From positions 8,689 through 72,688 of the forward strand of contig JBJYWI010000083.1 of the NCBI GenBank assembly GCA_046259385.1: a DNA stretch of 64,000 bases, in the 5' to 3' direction. A program made the position numbers and the translations under genes. The stretch's first letter is position 1. Every line of letters begins with the position of its first letter. Shown one piece after another: positions 50,685 through 59,561 of the stretch. The notes under the pieces were generated by a model. It was not told the origin of the DNA. It searched no databases and saw only the letters and a program-made list of their open reading frames with translations. Source of the DNA: Anaerolineales bacterium (GTDB lineage: Bacteria; Chloroflexota; Anaerolineae; Anaerolineales; UBA4823).

Positions 50685-51812
50685 ATGGAAAAAAGAGATT
50701 ACTACGAAGTACTTGGTGTATCGCGCAACGCAAGTTCAGAAGAGCTTAGATCAGCTTTCCGCAAGCTTGCGCGCCAGTACCACCCCGATGTTAATAATTC
50801 TCCAGGTGCTGAAGAAAAATTTAAAGAGATAAACGAAGCTTTTGCAGTCCTTTCGGATGAGCAGCGAAGGGCTTCATATGACCGCTTTGGGCATGCAGGT
50901 GTTTACGGTCCCAATGGGATGCCGGATTTCACGGTCGATTTCTCGGATTTTGCGGATATTTTTGGAGACCTGTTCGGGTTTGGTGGTTTTGGTCGGGCGA
51001 CGCGCCGTTCAAGAAATGCGCCTAGGCGAGGTGCTGACCTGCAGTACCGCCTCGACCTTACCTTTGAAGAGGCAGTGTTTGGGGTTGAGAAAGAAATCGA
51101 GATCACCAAGGACGAAACGTGCTCCCGGTGCAGCGGCAGCGGCGCCGAGCCAGGAACATCACCGAGCCGGTGCGCTACCTGCGGGGGCAGCGGTGAGGTC
51201 CGGAAGGTTCGCCAGACCATCCTTGGCTCGATGGTTCAGGTGACAACCTGCCAGAACTGTGGTGGAAAAGGCGAGACGATTGAAACCCCGTGCCGGACTT
51301 GCAAGGGTAGAGGTCTGGAAAGGATTAACAGCAAAAAAGTGGTTAGTGTTCCAGCTGGGGTTGATTCGGGAACCCAGATCAGGCTGGCAGGAGAAGGACA
51401 GCCAGGAGTAAACGGCGGACCGCATGGAAATTTATATATCGCTGTGAAAGTGAATTCGCACAAGTTCTTTAAACGCCGTGAGAATGACATTCTGCTTGAC
51501 CTGAATATCAACATCGCCCAGGCTACTCTGGGGGCAGAGGTTGAAGTGCCAACTGTTGATGGTCCTGCGAAACTCAAAATTCCGTCTGGTATCCAGCCCG
51601 GGAAAGTCCTGCGCATGCGCGGTAAAGGAATTCCAAAGCTGCGGGGCAACGGGCGTGGTGACCAGCTAGTGGTGATCAATGTCGAGGTGCCAACCCGCTT
51701 ATCGAGCGAACAAAGAGAACTTTTCGAAAAACTGGCGTCAAGCCTGGGCAGTGAAGTGAGCCCTCAGGAGCGTGGAATTCTGGACTGGTTGAAAGAAGCG
51801 ATCAGTAGTTGA
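50685..51812 (+). CDS. dnaJ: Co-chaperone DnaJ (type I)
   Basis: 375 aa. J-domain with HPD, a G/F region and four CxxCxGxG zinc motifs. Confidence 0.97.
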   Translation: MEKRDYYEVLGVSRNASSEELRSAFRKLARQYHPDVNNSPGAEEKFKEINEAFAVLSDEQRRASYDRFGHAGVYGPNGMPDFTVDFSDFADIFGDLFGFGGFGRATRRSRNAPRRGADLQYRLDLTFEEAVFGVEKEIEITKDETCSRCSGSGAEPGTSPSRCATCGGSGEVRKVRQTILGSMVQVTTCQNCGGKGETIETPCRTCKGRGLERINSKKVVSVPAGVDSGTQIRLAGEGQPGVNGGPHGNLYIAVKVNSHKFFKRRENDILLDLNINIAQATLGAEVEVPTVDGPAKLKIPSGIQPGKVLRMRGKGIPKLRGNGRGDQLVVINVEVPTRLSSEQRELFEKLASSLGSEVSPQERGILDWLKEAISS

Positions 51813-51830
51813 GCGTTAAATCGATTCAAT

Positions 51831-51892
51831 TGCCCGGAGTATGTGAGGAGATTATCAGGACTGCAGCTCCCTTGCATGATCCGGGCATTTTT
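51831..51892 (+). terminator. Probable intrinsic terminator after dnaJ
   Basis: Outer arms tgcccgga (51831-51838) and tccgggca (51880-51887), with inner GGAG/CTCC pairing. Followed by TTTTT at 51888-51892. The loop is long and imperfect. Confidence 0.5.
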
Positions 51893-51924
51893 ACATATGC
51901 AGGCAGGGACTAAAAACCTATTAT

Positions 51925-52893
51925 ATGGCGAAAACCAGCTGGCTTGAGATAATACTTGAAGTTGAAAGCGAAATGGCTGAGCCAGTGGCAGAGGTATTCA
52001 GCAGGTATGCGCCGGGTGGGGTGGTGATCGAAAGCGTGGTGGATGCCAGGGGCGACAAACCGATACAGATGGATGTTTACAACCCGGTTCGTGTAATCTG
52101 TTACCTGAAGTATGACGAGAAAGTTGAAGATACCAGGTTGAAACTCGAGGAGAGCCTGTGGTATTTAAGCCGGATTCGCCCCCTTCCAGAACCCATTTAC
52201 CAGCAGGTTTATGAAGAGGATTGGGCTAATGCCTGGAAGGACCATTTTCATCCGATAAAAATCGGGCGCAACCTGTTGGTTTCACCAGCCTGGAATATAG
52301 ATAACCTGGATGGGCGCACTCAAATTATCATTGACCCTGGAATGGCATTCGGAACCGGTGTGCACCCTTCCACCCAGTTGTGCCTCGAATTGATTGAAGA
52401 CCTGCTGGATGAACAATTTCAGTCTAAACACAGGCCGCCAGGTACAGTTGTGCCGGGTGATTATGATGTGATTGATATCGGCTGCGGCTCCGGCATTTTA
52501 GCTATCGCAGCATTGAAAGTGGGAGCCGGGCGGGCATTTTGTGTCGATATCGATCCAACGGCTGTTGAGGTTGCCAAAGAGAATGCGCAGATAAACGGTG
52601 TAGCGGAACGCATGCTGGTGAGCGAAGGTTCCCTGGATGAGCTAAAAGCGTTATACACAGGGTTTGATAAAAACAGATTGATAATGGCAAACATCCTGGC
52701 GCCCGTGCTCATAAAACTGCTTGACCAAGGGTTGGCGGATCTGGTTCAGCCTGCAAGTTTCCTGGTGTTGTCCGGTGTTATTGCAGATCAAAAGGATCAG
52801 ATTCTGAGGGCTGCTGACCAAAAAGGACTTTTTATCAGTGAGAAAAGGACCTGTGGCGATTGGGTGGCGCTTTGCGCCCAAAAAAGGAGCTGA
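51925..52893 (+). CDS. prmA: Ribosomal protein L11 methyltransferase
   Basis: 322 aa. Motifs IDPGMAFGTGVHPST and SAM motif VIDIGCGSGILAIAA. Confidence 0.92.
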   Translation: MAKTSWLEIILEVESEMAEPVAEVFSRYAPGGVVIESVVDARGDKPIQMDVYNPVRVICYLKYDEKVEDTRLKLEESLWYLSRIRPLPEPIYQQVYEEDWANAWKDHFHPIKIGRNLLVSPAWNIDNLDGRTQIIIDPGMAFGTGVHPSTQLCLELIEDLLDEQFQSKHRPPGTVVPGDYDVIDIGCGSGILAIAALKVGAGRAFCVDIDPTAVEVAKENAQINGVAERMLVSEGSLDELKALYTGFDKNRLIMANILAPVLIKLLDQGLADLVQPASFLVLSGVIADQKDQILRAADQKGLFISEKRTCGDWVALCAQKRS

Positions 52894-52899
52894 AAGAAA

Positions 52900-54642
52900 A
52901 TGAGCACTCAAAAAGGTAAATATTCAAACCAGGAGCTTGCGAACATCTTTGAATCAATCGCTGACCTGCTGGAGATCAAGGGCGAAGTTGTTTATAAGAC
53001 TCTGGCTTACCGTAAAGCCTCCGATAGTCTAAATAATCTGGCGAGGGATGTGAATGATATCTGGCAGGAGGGGGATTTAACAGAGATACCAGGTGTAGGG
53101 AAAGCGATTGCGGAGAAAATTGACGAACTCCTTTCAACAGGAAAACTTGAGTTCTTTGAGAAACTTGAAAACGAAGTGCCGCCAGGTTTGCTGGATGTTC
53201 TGAAGGTGCCCGATGTTGGACCGAAGAAAGCCGCCCTATTCTGGCATGAAGCTGGGATATCGAATCTGGAAGAACTGGAGGAGGCCGCCCGGCAGGGCAA
53301 TTTGCGTAAGCTACCCGGTATGGGGGAGAAATCCGAAGCGAAAATTATTGCGGGCCTGGAGGCGCTTTCTCGCCGCAGCGGGAGGATCCCACTCGGGGAC
53401 GCTTGGCCGTTTGGGCAGGAATTAATCCAATTCCTGCACGCTCTTCCGGATGTGGTAAAGGTAGAGGCGGGCGGGAGTTTGCGCCGCATGAGGGAAACCG
53501 TTGGCGATCTCGACCTTCTGGCAGCAGCTGAAAATTCGAAACCGGTGATGGATGCTTTCAGCGGCAGACCTGATGTGGTTAATATATTGAGCAAAGGGGA
53601 GACAAAAACCAGCCTTGAATTCAATAATGGGATACGGGCCCAGCTCTGGGTGCACCCTCCTGAGCGGTTTGGCACCGCCCTGCAGTACGCGACTGGATCG
53701 AAGGATCACAACGTCCGGCTGAGAGAACTTGCATTGAAACAGGGGTTATCCCTCTCAGACCAGTCTTACTCAAGGGAAAACGGGAAGGAGATCCTGTGTG
53801 CGGATGAGGAGGAAGTCTACCGCATTCTGGATATACCCTGGATCCCACCGGAACTGCGCGAAGACCGTGGTGAGGTGGAGGCTGCCATCGCCGGCAACCT
53901 TCCGGATCTCATCACGGTCCAGGATATTCAGTCTGACCTCCACACGCACTCAACCTGGAGTGATGGAACTCTGAGCATAAAGGAGATGGCGCAGGCTGCG
54001 CTGAGGCGCGGTTTGAAAGTTTTGGCGATTACCGATCATTCAAAAAGCCTGGGTATTGCTGGCGGGCTTTCCGAAAAAGAACTGTTAGAGCAGCGCCAGG
54101 AAATAGATAAAATCCAGGAACAACTGGGGGTTTCACTGCAGCTGCTGCAGGGAAGCGAGGTTGAAATCCGGGCTGATGGGAGCCTTGATTACTCCGATGA
54201 GGTTCTGGCGAAACTGGATATTGTGATAGCATCCCTGCACACAAGCCTGCGCCAGAACAGACAGAAAATTACCTCAAGGTTGATAAAGGCCATTGAGAAT
54301 CCATATGTTGATTTAATTGCCCATCCGACCGGCAGGATGATTCCTGACCGGGAAGGAGCTGATCTCGATATGGATGCGGTTCTAGAAGCGGCGCTTGAGC
54401 ACGGAGTAGTGCTGGAGATCAATGCACATCCCGCCCGCCTTGACCTTAATGATATCTATGCCCGTAGGGCTGCCGATATGGGTATCAGACTGAGCATTAA
54501 TACTGACGCGCACAGCGAAAGTGATTTGGATTTGCTGCACTTTGGGGTCGCAACTGCCCGTAGAGGGTGGATTAGTCCAGAGGTGGTAGTTAACACCTGG
54601 GATACAAAGCGGTTGACCTCGTGGCTGGAATCACGCCCGTAG
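52900..54642 (+). CDS. polX: Family X DNA polymerase with C-terminal PHP domain
   Basis: 580 aa. HhH motifs, catalytic GSLRRMRETVGDLDLL and PHP motif DLHTHSTWSDG ... INTDAHS. Confidence 0.93.
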   Translation: MSTQKGKYSNQELANIFESIADLLEIKGEVVYKTLAYRKASDSLNNLARDVNDIWQEGDLTEIPGVGKAIAEKIDELLSTGKLEFFEKLENEVPPGLLDVLKVPDVGPKKAALFWHEAGISNLEELEEAARQGNLRKLPGMGEKSEAKIIAGLEALSRRSGRIPLGDAWPFGQELIQFLHALPDVVKVEAGGSLRRMRETVGDLDLLAAAENSKPVMDAFSGRPDVVNILSKGETKTSLEFNNGIRAQLWVHPPERFGTALQYATGSKDHNVRLRELALKQGLSLSDQSYSRENGKEILCADEEEVYRILDIPWIPPELREDRGEVEAAIAGNLPDLITVQDIQSDLHTHSTWSDGTLSIKEMAQAALRRGLKVLAITDHSKSLGIAGGLSEKELLEQRQEIDKIQEQLGVSLQLLQGSEVEIRADGSLDYSDEVLAKLDIVIASLHTSLRQNRQKITSRLIKAIENPYVDLIAHPTGRMIPDREGADLDMDAVLEAALEHGVVLEINAHPARLDLNDIYARRAADMGIRLSINTDAHSESDLDLLHFGVATARRGWISPEVVVNTWDTKRLTSWLESRP

Positions 54643-54752
54643 AACACCTGTTCCTGCTTTACCTTGCGATATACAGGATTATGATATGATTCCAGACCCT
54701 GACCGGTTCCAGGGAATGGTTAATAAATTGTAATAATTCAGATAATTGATCT

Positions 54753-55775
54753 ATGGTAAAAGCTCGCAAGGCTTATCATTTAAGTTTATTTCTTCTGCTG
54801 GCAGCCAGTCTCGCATTTCCTTTGTTTGGAATAAGTTACCAACGAGCGCAAGCCCAGGCAAGCGGTTACGACGTAATCGCGGCGGTTAACCAGCTTCGGG
54901 CGGCGAACGGTCTGGCACCGTATCAGGTATCAGCGGCGCTGATGTCAGCTGCCCAGGCTCACAGTGAATATATGGCATCTACTGGAGCGATCTCGCATAG
55001 CGGGGCTGGCGGAAGCAGACCTATCGACCGGGTCACAGCAGCCGGTTACGGTGGTGGCGCGCAAGTGTTTGTCTCGGAGAATATCGCTGCCGGGATGGGC
55101 TGGACTGCCCAGGATGCGGTTCAAGCCTGGCAGGGGGACAGCCTGCACCTGGATACGATGCTCTCGCCAAATTATGGTGATGCGGGTGCAGGAGTTGCAG
55201 TCGCCGGAAATACGATTTATTTCACACTTGATGTCGCGGGCGGAGGGGGAGGCACGAGCAGCGGCTCCGGATCATCTCAGGGAGCAGCAGATGTCACAAT
55301 TTATCCCCAGTTTACGCCTGTTGACACTGCAACACCTCAGCCGGATGGTTCCATTATCCATACCGTTCAGGACGGGCAGGCGTTCTGGAATATTGCTGCT
55401 ATTTACGGAATTACGATCGATGAACTGCTTGATATGAACAACCTGACCGAAAACACCTTTATTTTCCCGGGAGATAAGTTGGTTGTGAAACTCCCCAATG
55501 ATACACCTACACCCACAAAGGAGGCGACCGTAACGCCATATCCAGCGACCGCCACAAACACTCCCTCAAGCACCCCAACCCCGCTTTCAGAGCTGGAAAT
55601 CTCCGCCACAGGAACTGCCCAGGCTGAATTACTAGCATCCCTTACACCAGCCCCCTCAACCTTCAGTAAGATTCTGCTATCGGGAAGGCAGATGCTGATG
55701 ATGTTGATTGGATTGCTGGTTATCGGCGGGTTGGTGCTTGTGATTGCAGGGAGCGTTATGAATTTGCGGAAGTGA
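54753..55775 (+). CDS. Secreted/anchored CAP (SCP/PR-1-like) + LysM domain protein
   Basis: 340 aa. Signal peptide, then a CAP region (AVNQLRAANGLAPY...AQAHSEYMA...ISHSG) and LysM (HTVQDGQAFWNIAAIYGITIDELLDMNNL). A Pro/Thr linker precedes a C-terminal TM helix. Confidence 0.8.
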   Translation: MVKARKAYHLSLFLLLAASLAFPLFGISYQRAQAQASGYDVIAAVNQLRAANGLAPYQVSAALMSAAQAHSEYMASTGAISHSGAGGSRPIDRVTAAGYGGGAQVFVSENIAAGMGWTAQDAVQAWQGDSLHLDTMLSPNYGDAGAGVAVAGNTIYFTLDVAGGGGGTSSGSGSSQGAADVTIYPQFTPVDTATPQPDGSIIHTVQDGQAFWNIAAIYGITIDELLDMNNLTENTFIFPGDKLVVKLPNDTPTPTKEATVTPYPATATNTPSSTPTPLSELEISATGTAQAELLASLTPAPSTFSKILLSGRQMLMMLIGLLVIGGLVLVIAGSVMNLRK

Positions 55776-55859
55776 TCAGCCGTTTGAAAGCAAAGGCTGC
55801 CAATTGGTTGCCACAGATAGGTTTTCTTTTTTAAATATTTTTTCTACAGAATGAAAATC

Positions 55860-56234
55860 TTAATCACAAACCGGGGATAATTCCCTGTCCAGAAACCAAC
55901 CGCCTTCCCGGTGGCTGGTGTTGCGCGGGGCGCGGTCGTAATAGATGTCAAAATACCTGCCCGCGGATGTCCTCACCCGGTAATAGTCTTGGCCCACCCC
56001 CCATGATCCAAATTTGCCTGCCCGAGCAGCGTGCCGGTCGCTCATATTTCTAGTCATACGGCCGCGCCGTTCGTAATTGTGCCATTCAGTAATAATCTCA
56101 AGTATATTGTATACTGCACCGCGCCAAGTGAAAGAATCCGGTGGCCCCGGTTTTTTTTGGAGAGCTGGTTGGGATGAAAATCCTACTTCAACCGGCTCGT
56201 TGATAAACTTTTTTTGCCTGAATTCTGACATCAT
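55860..56234 (-). CDS. Small conserved-looking hypothetical protein (Trp/Tyr/Arg-rich)
   Basis: 124 aa with non-random composition and motif-like segments (FTWRGAVYNILEIITEWHN; YYRVRTSAGRYFDIYYDR; GGWFLDRE). I cannot assign a family from memory with confidence. Confidence 0.6.
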   Translation of the reverse strand: MMSEFRQKKFINEPVEVGFSSQPALQKKPGPPDSFTWRGAVYNILEIITEWHNYERRGRMTRNMSDRHAARAGKFGSWGVGQDYYRVRTSAGRYFDIYYDRAPRNTSHREGGWFLDRELSPVCD

Positions 56235-56528
56235 TCGTCTAAATGCCTGTTTATAATATAATTTCGAATAACTTTATGGGATTTATGAGCAGCAGCGAAT
56301 TCCAATAACCGTCCAGATTGGTCAAATTATCGCGGTTCGCCTTAATCATTTTAGAATTATGAATGTCACCTGGAATCGTTTGTTATTAACTTGCGGGACA
56401 CTGCTTTTATGCAGCTGCATGTGCTTGAGTGCAGCCCTAATCTCAGCGGCTTTAATCCTGGCGCTTAACCTTTACTGATAACCATTTCTGAAAGTTTTGC
56501 ATCCGTCTCATATACCCAGAAAACACCC

Positions 56529-59339
56529 CTATTTAAGCGCTTCCATTTCAGCCCAGTGCGAGCCGATTCGGGCGTCCGTTTCGAGTGGGACATCAATCCT
56601 GTAAACATTTTCCATTGTCTCACTGACCAGCCGGGCGGTTTGGATTGCTTCCTCTTTGGCGCATTCGAGCACCAGCTCATCATGAACCTGCAGGAGTATC
56701 CGGGCAGGGTTTTTGTTTGCAGCAAGGGCTCGGGCAGTTTCCAACATGGCCATTTTCATGATGTCAGCAGCTGAACCCTGGATGGGGGCGTTGATCGCCT
56801 CGCGCTCCTCCCGCATGCGAATATTCCGGTTTGACTGGTTCTTCAATCCTGGGAAATACCGCCTGCGCCCCAGCAGGGTCTGAACATATCCCTGTTCAGC
56901 AGCAAGGCGGCGGGTGTTTTCAAGATAGGACTTAACACCGGGGAATTGTTCAAAGTAAGCGCGCATGAAGTCCTCAGCTTCTGCCAGCGTAAGGTCAGTA
57001 TAACGCGTAAGTCCGAACGCGCTCATACCGTAGATTAATCCAAAGTTCACGCCTTTTGCGCGTCTGCGCTGGGCGCTGGTTACAGAATCCAGCGGAACAT
57101 CGTAGATTGCTGCCGCAGTGGCTGCGTGAATATCCTGACCGGCTTTGAACGCTGCTTTCATATTCTGGTCTCCGGCAATGTGGGCAACAATCCGGAGTTC
57201 AATCTGGGAGTAGTCGACAGATACCAACTGATTCCCGGGCGAGGCGACGAACGCATTCCGGACTCGCCTTCCAAGTTCAGTGCGGATAGGTATGTTCTGC
57301 AAATTTGGGTTGGAGGATGCCAGACGCCCGGTCACTGAGCCTGTCTGGTTGAAGGAGGTATGCACCCTTCCTGTCCGGGGATTGACCTGCATCGGGAGGG
57401 CATCCACATATGTTGATTTCAATTTGGACAACTCCCGGTATTCGAGCACCCAATCGATAACCGGGTGCGCACCGCTCAACGATTCCAGAACACCTGCTGA
57501 AGTGGAATAAAAACCGCTGGCGGTTTTCTGGGTGCGGTCAGGTGGAGTTATCTCTAACGTATCGAATAGAGCGGTCGAAAGCTGCTGGGGTGAATTCAGG
57601 TTAAATGGTTCCCCAACTTCTGAATAAATCTTTTCGGATATCTCAATTATCTGACCGTTAAGTTCGGCTGACATTTGACTGAGGAAAGCGGTATCCAGCG
57701 CCACTCCAGCAATTTCCATATCCGCCAGCACTTCGACCAGAGGCATTTCAAGTTTATTGAACAGAGAACCGGCATTTCTCTCATCCATCTCAACCGTCAA
57801 TTCAGGTAACAGGCTGAGCACGACGGCAGCATCTGCAGCTGCGTATGGAGCAGCTTTTTCGACCGGGACTTCAGCCATCGAGATCTGGTCTCTGCCTTTT
57901 CCGATTAACTGCTCGATGTTTGTCATTTCAATTCCCTGCCTGACCCAGGCGAGGTTTTTTAATCCCAGGTTACGAGAAGTTGGATCGATCAGCCATTCAG
58001 CTATCATCGTATCAAAACCAAGCGGGGAAACCCGCAGCCCATTGCGGCTCAAGAGGACAAAATCATATTTTAGATTGTGCCCGGCTTTTTTAATTCCGGA
58101 GGAGGTCATCGGTGGGGTAAGCGCCTCAATCACAGCCTCGCGCTTGAGCTGCGGATTTTGGCTGCCAGTATGCCCGAGAGGAATGTAGTATCCGGCACCG
58201 GGCTGGACTGCCAGAGAGATGCCGACCAGATCAGCCTCCATCTGGTCTGTTGAGGTGGTTTCTGTATCGAATGAAATCAACTCAGACTGGTTGAGAGTCT
58301 GGATGAGTTTGTCCAGTTTTTCCGTTGTATCAACAACTATGGTCTCAAAAGCCAGACCCGTGCTGATCTGCGCCCCAACGCCTGTCTTCCTGACAACCCC
58401 TGATTTTTCAGTGAAAAAAGATAGCTGTCCCTGCTCCTGGTGTCCAGCGAGACCATACTGCTTTTCAAGTTCGCTCAACCGGTCATGCAAAGAGCGGAAT
58501 TCCAGTTCACGGAATAAGCCCTCTACTCTTTCAGGGTCGAATGCATCAGGGCGGGCCTGTTCCAGATCAAGCGGGATGTCAAGCGTAACTACGATGGTGG
58601 CCAATTCATAGCTGAGGTAAGCGTTTTCCCGGCTTGCTTCCAGTTTTTTACGGATGTTTGGTTTTAATTCATCAAGGTGAGCGTACACATTATCCAGATT
58701 CTCGTATTCAGCCAGGAGCTTGCTGGCAGTCTTGGGGCCGATACCGGCGACCCCAGGGATGTTGTCGGATGTATCTCCTACCAAGGCTTTGTAATCCACA
58801 ACCTGGTCTGGACGGACGCCGAGTGTCTTTTCAACGTCTGCGGTTCGATAATCTTTTGAATCTGCCAGGCTTTTTCCGGGCAAAGTGACAATAATGCGAT
58901 CCTGCACAAGCTGGAGCAAGTCGCGATCGCCGGTGATGATTTTTACTCCCAGACCCTCTTCAACTGCTTTCCTGGCGACGCTTCCAAGCACGTCGTCGGC
59001 TTCAAATCCCTCGATTTCAAGGCGCGGGATGTTAAAAGCATCGACAAGCTCGCGGATGCGCTCAATTTGTGTGCGAAGTTCATCCGGCATTTTCTCCCGG
59101 GTGGCTTTATATTCCGGATATTTTTCATCTCGAAACGTTTTGCCGGTATCAAAAGCGACTGCAATGTAATCAGGTTTATCCTGTTCTAGAATTCGGAGCA
59201 GTACGCTTGTGAAGCCGAACACACCGGCAGTAGGCTCCCCCGAGCGGGTTGTAAACCTGGAAGGCGCACCGCGTGTTAAAGCATAAAAAGTCCGGTAAGC
59301 GAGTGCGTGACCATCGATCAGATAGATAATTGGGGGCAT
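56529..59339 (-). CDS. polA: DNA polymerase I (5' nuclease + 3'-5' exo-like + polymerase)
   Basis: 936 aa. 5'-nuclease N-terminus (LIDGHALAYRTFYA), and polymerase motifs DYSQIELRI, RRRAKGVNFGLIYG and QVHDELV. Confidence 0.97.
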   Translation of the reverse strand: MPPIIYLIDGHALAYRTFYALTRGAPSRFTTRSGEPTAGVFGFTSVLLRILEQDKPDYIAVAFDTGKTFRDEKYPEYKATREKMPDELRTQIERIRELVDAFNIPRLEIEGFEADDVLGSVARKAVEEGLGVKIITGDRDLLQLVQDRIIVTLPGKSLADSKDYRTADVEKTLGVRPDQVVDYKALVGDTSDNIPGVAGIGPKTASKLLAEYENLDNVYAHLDELKPNIRKKLEASRENAYLSYELATIVVTLDIPLDLEQARPDAFDPERVEGLFRELEFRSLHDRLSELEKQYGLAGHQEQGQLSFFTEKSGVVRKTGVGAQISTGLAFETIVVDTTEKLDKLIQTLNQSELISFDTETTSTDQMEADLVGISLAVQPGAGYYIPLGHTGSQNPQLKREAVIEALTPPMTSSGIKKAGHNLKYDFVLLSRNGLRVSPLGFDTMIAEWLIDPTSRNLGLKNLAWVRQGIEMTNIEQLIGKGRDQISMAEVPVEKAAPYAAADAAVVLSLLPELTVEMDERNAGSLFNKLEMPLVEVLADMEIAGVALDTAFLSQMSAELNGQIIEISEKIYSEVGEPFNLNSPQQLSTALFDTLEITPPDRTQKTASGFYSTSAGVLESLSGAHPVIDWVLEYRELSKLKSTYVDALPMQVNPRTGRVHTSFNQTGSVTGRLASSNPNLQNIPIRTELGRRVRNAFVASPGNQLVSVDYSQIELRIVAHIAGDQNMKAAFKAGQDIHAATAAAIYDVPLDSVTSAQRRRAKGVNFGLIYGMSAFGLTRYTDLTLAEAEDFMRAYFEQFPGVKSYLENTRRLAAEQGYVQTLLGRRRYFPGLKNQSNRNIRMREEREAINAPIQGSAADIMKMAMLETARALAANKNPARILLQVHDELVLECAKEEAIQTARLVSETMENVYRIDVPLETDARIGSHWAEMEALK

Positions 59340-59523
59340 GTTAACCTTTCTGTTTTATTATAAGCAGATGCATAGATAAGCAGCAGCTGTCCAGTGGCAA
59401 TCCAGGGAAATAAAATCTTTCTAAAAGTGTATCACGGCGCTATTTGGGGTACAAGCCGGGATGGAATTTCAAGCCTGTGGAAAGCTACTAGGAACTCCTA
59501 TCTTAATGAATTTTAATTCGCTG

Positions 59524-59552
59524 TTGACATTATTATTTGAACATGATATTTT
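59524..59552 (+). promoter_or_regulatory. Promoter TTGACA-17 nt-(TGa)TATTTT ending 9 nt before ATG 59562
   Basis: Consensus -35 at 59524-59529 and -10 at 59547-59552 preceded by TGa. The leader would be very short or absent. Confidence 0.5.
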
Positions 59553-59561
59553 ACAATCAGG

